From assembly GCA_003971905.1 (NCBI GenBank), contig RSEE01000001.1, forward strand, positions 930,001 to 994,000: a DNA stretch of 64,000 nt. The letters are read 5' to 3'. Below are positions 58,992 to 64,000 of the stretch, piece after piece; positions within the stretch are counted from its first letter, which is position 1, and each line of letters opens with the position of its first letter. Under the pieces are notes generated by a model. It searched no databases, was not told the origin of the DNA, and saw only the letters and a list, made by a program, of their open reading frames with translations. The translations under genes and the position numbers were made by a program. This DNA comes from Moniliella sp. 'wahieum'. Lineage: Eukaryota.

Positions 58992-61900
58992 CTAGTCGTC
59001 GGTATACGTCTTTTGCTGGATCACCACCCGCGTCCGCTTGAGCTTGTCGGCCACCTTCTTGTCCAGCGGCCCCGCCGACTCGGGCAAGTTGCCCATCCGA
59101 TCCAGCGGCACAAGCTGCCACATCCAAACGTCAGCAACCTCCGCATCCCATCCTCTCGCCCCCCAGGCGCACACACAACCACAACCACAACCACACGCAA
59201 ACCACAACGTACCGGATGCATCAAGAGACTCTTGTGTGGCCTGGCGCGCGCGCAAGTAGTAGCCACGGGTGCCGGCGCCGCGTCAGGAGTCATGCACGCT
59301 GGCAAGCTGCTCGAAGCGTACTTGTCTGCCGGACCTACAAACAGTTCCGGTGCCCAGCGCACCGCCTTGGCCTTGTAAGGTCTCAAGGGCGAACAGTACA
59401 CCGACGTTTCTCCTGCGCCCAGGCGATGGCGCCGCCGCCGTTCCCCAAATTCATCCTCGTACCACTCCCCCGCCTGCGTGTCGGAGGGAGTGTCCGAATC
59501 GCGCTCGGGTTCCGTCCCCGGCTCAGGGGAAGGATGGAGAGCAGCACGGCGGTGGGCGGCACGTGCGTCGCGCTCGGCCATCGCTTGCTCCTTGGTCGGC
59601 TGGCCTAGGCGCGGGATGTGCGCCGAGGGGGACGGAGGCCGTGGACGGTCGAGAAGCAGCGGACGAAAGTCGAGGTGCACGGCAACCTTTTCGTTGCGCC
59701 GCGTGTTGGCATTGGTGAGACGGGTGAGTTCGGTTTTGCTCAGTGGCAAGACCCCGTCACGATACTTTTCGCACGTACACTCGACGCTGGTACGACCGTC
59801 GACGACGGGACGCGTTTCGCTCCATCTCGGGCGTACTGCGAATTCTCACGGCGCGTACCGGACGCGAAGAGACCATGGTCTCCTTGGCTGGTGAGGTGTC
59901 GGGGACAAACGGCGCATGGAGCGCCTTGCGAATCAGCGGCAACGATCCGGGCTCCCCCACCTCCGAGCTGGTGCTCAGGCCCATATCGCTCGAGGGAAGA
60001 CTGGGGGGCGTTGCGCTTTTGCTCCATCTCCATTTCCATCTCCATCTCCTTGTCCTTTTCTTTCTCTTTCTCCTTCTTCAACCCCGATGGGCCAACAAGA
60101 GCACGTGAAAAGGAGACTTCCCTACCTGCCGTTGCCTTGGCCGCCTTGGCTGCCTGCTCAGCCCGCCACTTGAGTCCGGCCACCCGAATCACCGTCTTAC
60201 CCTGGCCACGTCCACTGTCCATCGTAGTCGGGAGCAAGGGCAAGGTGTGCACCTCGATAGGCGCCGCGCTCGATTCGGATCCCTTGGCATGCGAGTTGGC
60301 TGGTGCCAAGGTTGGCTTGCAAGGCGAGTGAAGCGGGACGCGTTGAGCGCGTCGTGAACCGACTGGTGCGGTGGCACAGACACGGCGCGCACCACGGCGG
60401 ACGGGATTCGGGGGTCGGACTGCGTTCGCCTCGCTGGAGGGGGGCGGGAGTCGATGGACCCGCTGCTGCCGGGGGGGATACAGGGCGGGTTGCCGTAGGC
60501 TCGTCCACGGGGGGCACATCGCGACCCTCGTTCTCCTGCCGCTCGGTCCCAGATTCAGTCGGAAGCAAATCAGGCTCTTCCGTGGAGGGGGGCTTAGGAC
60601 AAGCTGGAGCTGCTTCCGCGCCGGGTGTCTCAACCTGGGAGAAAGAGGGAAGAGGGAGCGGAAGGTTGCAAGCTAGATCGGGCGTACGAGGAAGGGACGT
60701 TGCATCCTCCTGGTGCGTGGACAAACCCTGTGGCTGGGGCTGTTCCACCTCCTCTCCCTGACTGTCCGACTCTGGTTCCACGTCCCCCTTGGACAACGTA
60801 TCCACCCCAGACCCAGGTACTGGCGCAGTGTCTTCGTTCGGAACGGGAGGAGGGGAAGGGCACTCGGCCGGAAGGATCTGCTTACTCTCCTCCTTGTTCG
60901 ACACCATGGTCTCCCCCACTGGCGCACCAATAGGGCCTGGGGCTGCGGGGGCTCGGATGCGATGGGGTCGGCGCATGCAGCCGAAGGACGGTCCACTGCG
61001 GCTGCGCGCACAGAGGCGGAAACCGAGCCCGCCGGCCCGCATGCGCAGTGGAGGAGCCAACTTCCTTCTTTGCTCCAACCGGAGGGCGTAGATGCGAGCG
61101 GACGGGTTTAGTAGCATGACTCGGCACCCCAGCGGACGCGCTGGGGGTGCGCCGAGCCGGTTTGCTAGGCTGGATGCGAGGCAAACGACTGTTGCCCGCT
61201 TCGGTCGGCGGAAGCGAGGTGGAGACGCCGCCCATCTTGGTTCGTGGCTTGCTCGATCCTGTTCCCGCCAAGGTCCTCGCCACCGGGCCGAGACAGCCCG
61301 GCCAACGGCGTTAGCTTGGCCGGGCGACGCAACCCCAAGCCGTAGGAGCTGCGTGGCAGGCGCCACGGTTGAGGACAGAGGCAGCGGGTCGCAGATTGGC
61401 TGACAGGGGTCTTGATGGCGTCCGATGCGGGTGTGGAGACGGATCTGCCGTGCAAAGGAAGAGACCGTGGGGGCGCAGTGCGCGTTGGTAGGGAAGGGGC
61501 GACGGGGATGATTTGATCCGGGAGCCAGAGCGCCGAAGAACGGTGGTGGACAGGGTGGGCACCCTTGACGTTGACACGGACGCCGAAACGGAAGCTGAGC
61601 GCATCGTCGGTTTGCTCGTGGACGCTGCAGCGTTGCTGCGCGTGGCTCGGAGCGAAGGAAGCGCCGAATCATGGGCCGACGCAGGGTATCGGGCGGCTGG
61701 ACGACGAGCCGGAAGGGCACTCGCCATGCGCGAGGCCCCGGAGCCAGTTTTGGACACTGCACCAGGACGAGCAGGGCCGACCGATTGCCTGTGGCCAGCT
61801 TGGACCGCGGCGCAGGCAAGGCAGAGCGCGCAGCGGTGCTGCTGGTCCTGTCGAGGTTACGAGGGGAGGCGCAGCCGAAGAAGCTGAAGGTGGTGGTGTG

Positions 61901-64000
61901 CCTCCGCGAGCTAGACGGGCCCGCTTCGCTGGTCTGGCTAGCCCATCTGCGGCGGACTGATTGGATGGGATGGAACTTGTCGCCACAGGATCAGCCAACG
62001 GACTGTGTGCCTGATCCTCCAACGGTGCACTTGTTGCCTCAACTGGAACCGAAGGCGAGGCAGGCCGCTTCAACGATCTCCTCCTTCCGCGGTCGCGCGA
62101 AGGCGTCAAACCCACGTCAAGTTCCAAAGGTGGCGGCGTAGGGTTGGTGCCAGGTCAGGCTCCCCGCCCGTCCTCCCTGGTAAGAGCAGAGCAGGCTTGG
62201 AAGGGGATGCGGACCGAGCACGCTTCCGCCCCGGTGATTTGACCCGTTTGACCGGCGAAAGAGAACGGAGCAGGTTCTCGGACCAATCACGCAAAATGGC
62301 TCGGTCCGAGTACGGAGCAGGCGTGTGTTTCATCACGGACGCCCGCAATGGCGAGTTGAGGCTGCTGGCCAAAACGTTCACCTTGGCCTCGCCTTTGTTG
62401 GTGTGCGAAGGGGTCAGAGGTGTCCTCATTGACATACTGGGCATGGCATTCTCCTTGTCGTGCATGGCTTGCCGTAGAGCACTGGCACGCGCACGGGTCA
62501 CGGGCCCTGGGCTAGACGCAGCCATGCGAGGGCCAGGTGGGCTCCCCAGCGGGGGAGGATGGGGAGATCTGTTGTCGGAATGAGAAGGAAACAGATCCAT
62601 CTCTCTTTCTAATTCCTCCATTGGCAATTCAACAGGACGAACAGCGGCAGGCTTTCCCATTCCGGGGAGGAGAACATGCTCATGTCGTCAAATCCACCCT
62701 CAGGCGTAGGCGAGAGACAGGGTTGGAGAGAACGTTTGGCCAAGATAGCGGCAAAGTCAGGTACGCGACCAGGGACGTGAGGCCCAGAGAGCGTCTGCAG
62801 AAACCCTCGTAGGGAGTCTGTGACACCCTTGATCGAGAGTGAGAGAGAGAGGTTGGACTGCTCAGGGCCCAGGATTGGTACAGATCCGTGATTGATCTAA
62901 AGTCCTCCGAAGGAGAAGTTGCTGGTTGCACGGCGACCCGAAGGGGAGTAGGAGATTGAAGTGGCGTCTTGTCCAAGCTAGGGGGCGCAGCAATAGCACT
63001 GGCTTGCAGAAGGGTCGTCGGTGAGGGTGAGCAGATGGTCAGGTCTTGATCCGTTGCCACGGTCCCATCTGCGCATAAAGATGTCAGTTACCGTAACAAG
63101 GGTAGACAAAAGGGGGCATGGACACATACCGTCGGGAGATGGATTGAACCAATGGGCGACAGATTCGAGCATGCTCAAGTTGGCAGTTGCCCCAGGACCA
63201 TCGATAGAGCGAGAATGAGACTCATCAGCCATGAGTTGAGCTTCAAACATGGCCAAGGCATTCCACATAGGGGAAGAAACCTTGTCGTCATCCGAATCTG
63301 AGTCCAGCCCTTCGTCTGTGTCCAGCTCAGTTGAGCAATCCTCCTCCTCCTGCATCGGGCCAGCGTCGGACGTAGGCTCGAGCACCAAGTTATCGTGGTC
63401 CAGATGGGAATTCAGAGACCGAGAAGAGGGGCAGGGGAAAGGGGCCGAACGTCGTGGCTGACTAGGTCGTTCCCGATGGCTCTCCTCATCATCTTCTTGA
63501 CCATCTTGTTGACGTAAAAACATGGACGGATCCAACGTTCGGCGCCGGGCACGAGCAAAGTCCAGGCTGTCTCGACGCAAGCGGCGATGTGTACGGATAT
63601 GGGCTTCGGCACGCCAATCCTCTGTTCCCTCATTCTCGTCGTCTTTGTCCACTTCCTCGGGAACAGATTGAATCTCATCCTGCGTCCGCTCAACTTCCGA
63701 CTCTGTGGGAATGGAAGATGGAGGAAGCGGTGACTGTTCATCAGACAAGTTGGGCGGATGATTCAAGTGGACCGCACCGAGAGACGAGCGACCGGGACGG
63801 CGACTAGGTGCATCGCCAAAGTAGGTCACCGGCATGGACCTCCGGGATGAACGTCTCCATTTCCTGGAGCGAGTGGAAGAGGAGGTTGGGGCTGGGCAAG
63901 AGGGGGCGAATGCTGCTCGAGGTGAAGTACGATTAGGAACCGATAGTGTATGTTGAGGAGACTTGCGAGAATACGTCGATGCGATTGCCAACGAGTGACG
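58992..64000 (-). CDS. Large low-complexity hypothetical protein with an ordered-looking C-terminal motif block; 5' end probably beyond the window
   Basis: Chain of minus-strand ORFs (62978..63991, 62106..62660, 61669..62127, 60197..61819, 59740..60633, 59021..59749). C-terminal TNANTRRN...RPPSP...HRLGAGE..Y.SP...VRW...|LVPLDRMGNLP...KTYTDD*. Intron 59115..59212 contains GGTTGT repeats. Confidence 0.55.

Overview
Eukaryotic, GC-rich, intron-poor fungal DNA. It looks like a basidiomycete, probably Ustilaginomycotina; this is inferred from gene content, short GT-AG introns with CTRAC branch sites and gene density. About 19 protein-coding genes are visible: a partial tail-anchored protein, an SSUH2-like DnaJ-type zinc-finger protein, a three-gene group (acyltransferase-3-like, processive GT2, GH16-like/acyltransferase-3 fusion), a TPR/SET protein, an EEB1/ABHD-type hydrolase, frequenin (FRQ1/NCS1), a two-HMG-box protein, a secreted alpha/beta hydrolase, eIF4A, a p24 protein, RAD18, an RRM protein, ARPC5, a GH32 enzyme, GUF1 and two hypothetical proteins. 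Almost every gene carries 1-bp frameshifts, often in homopolymers, including essential ones, which points to unpolished long-read assembly errors. No tRNA, rRNA, CRISPR or intact mobile element is supported. Two signals stand out. First, a candidate cluster for making an O-acylated surface or extracellular polysaccharide at 8.6-21.7 kb, including a GH16-fold/AT3 membrane fusion. Second, a widespread intergenic 7-bp pattern of TNA triplets alternating with interchangeable 4-bp palindromes.
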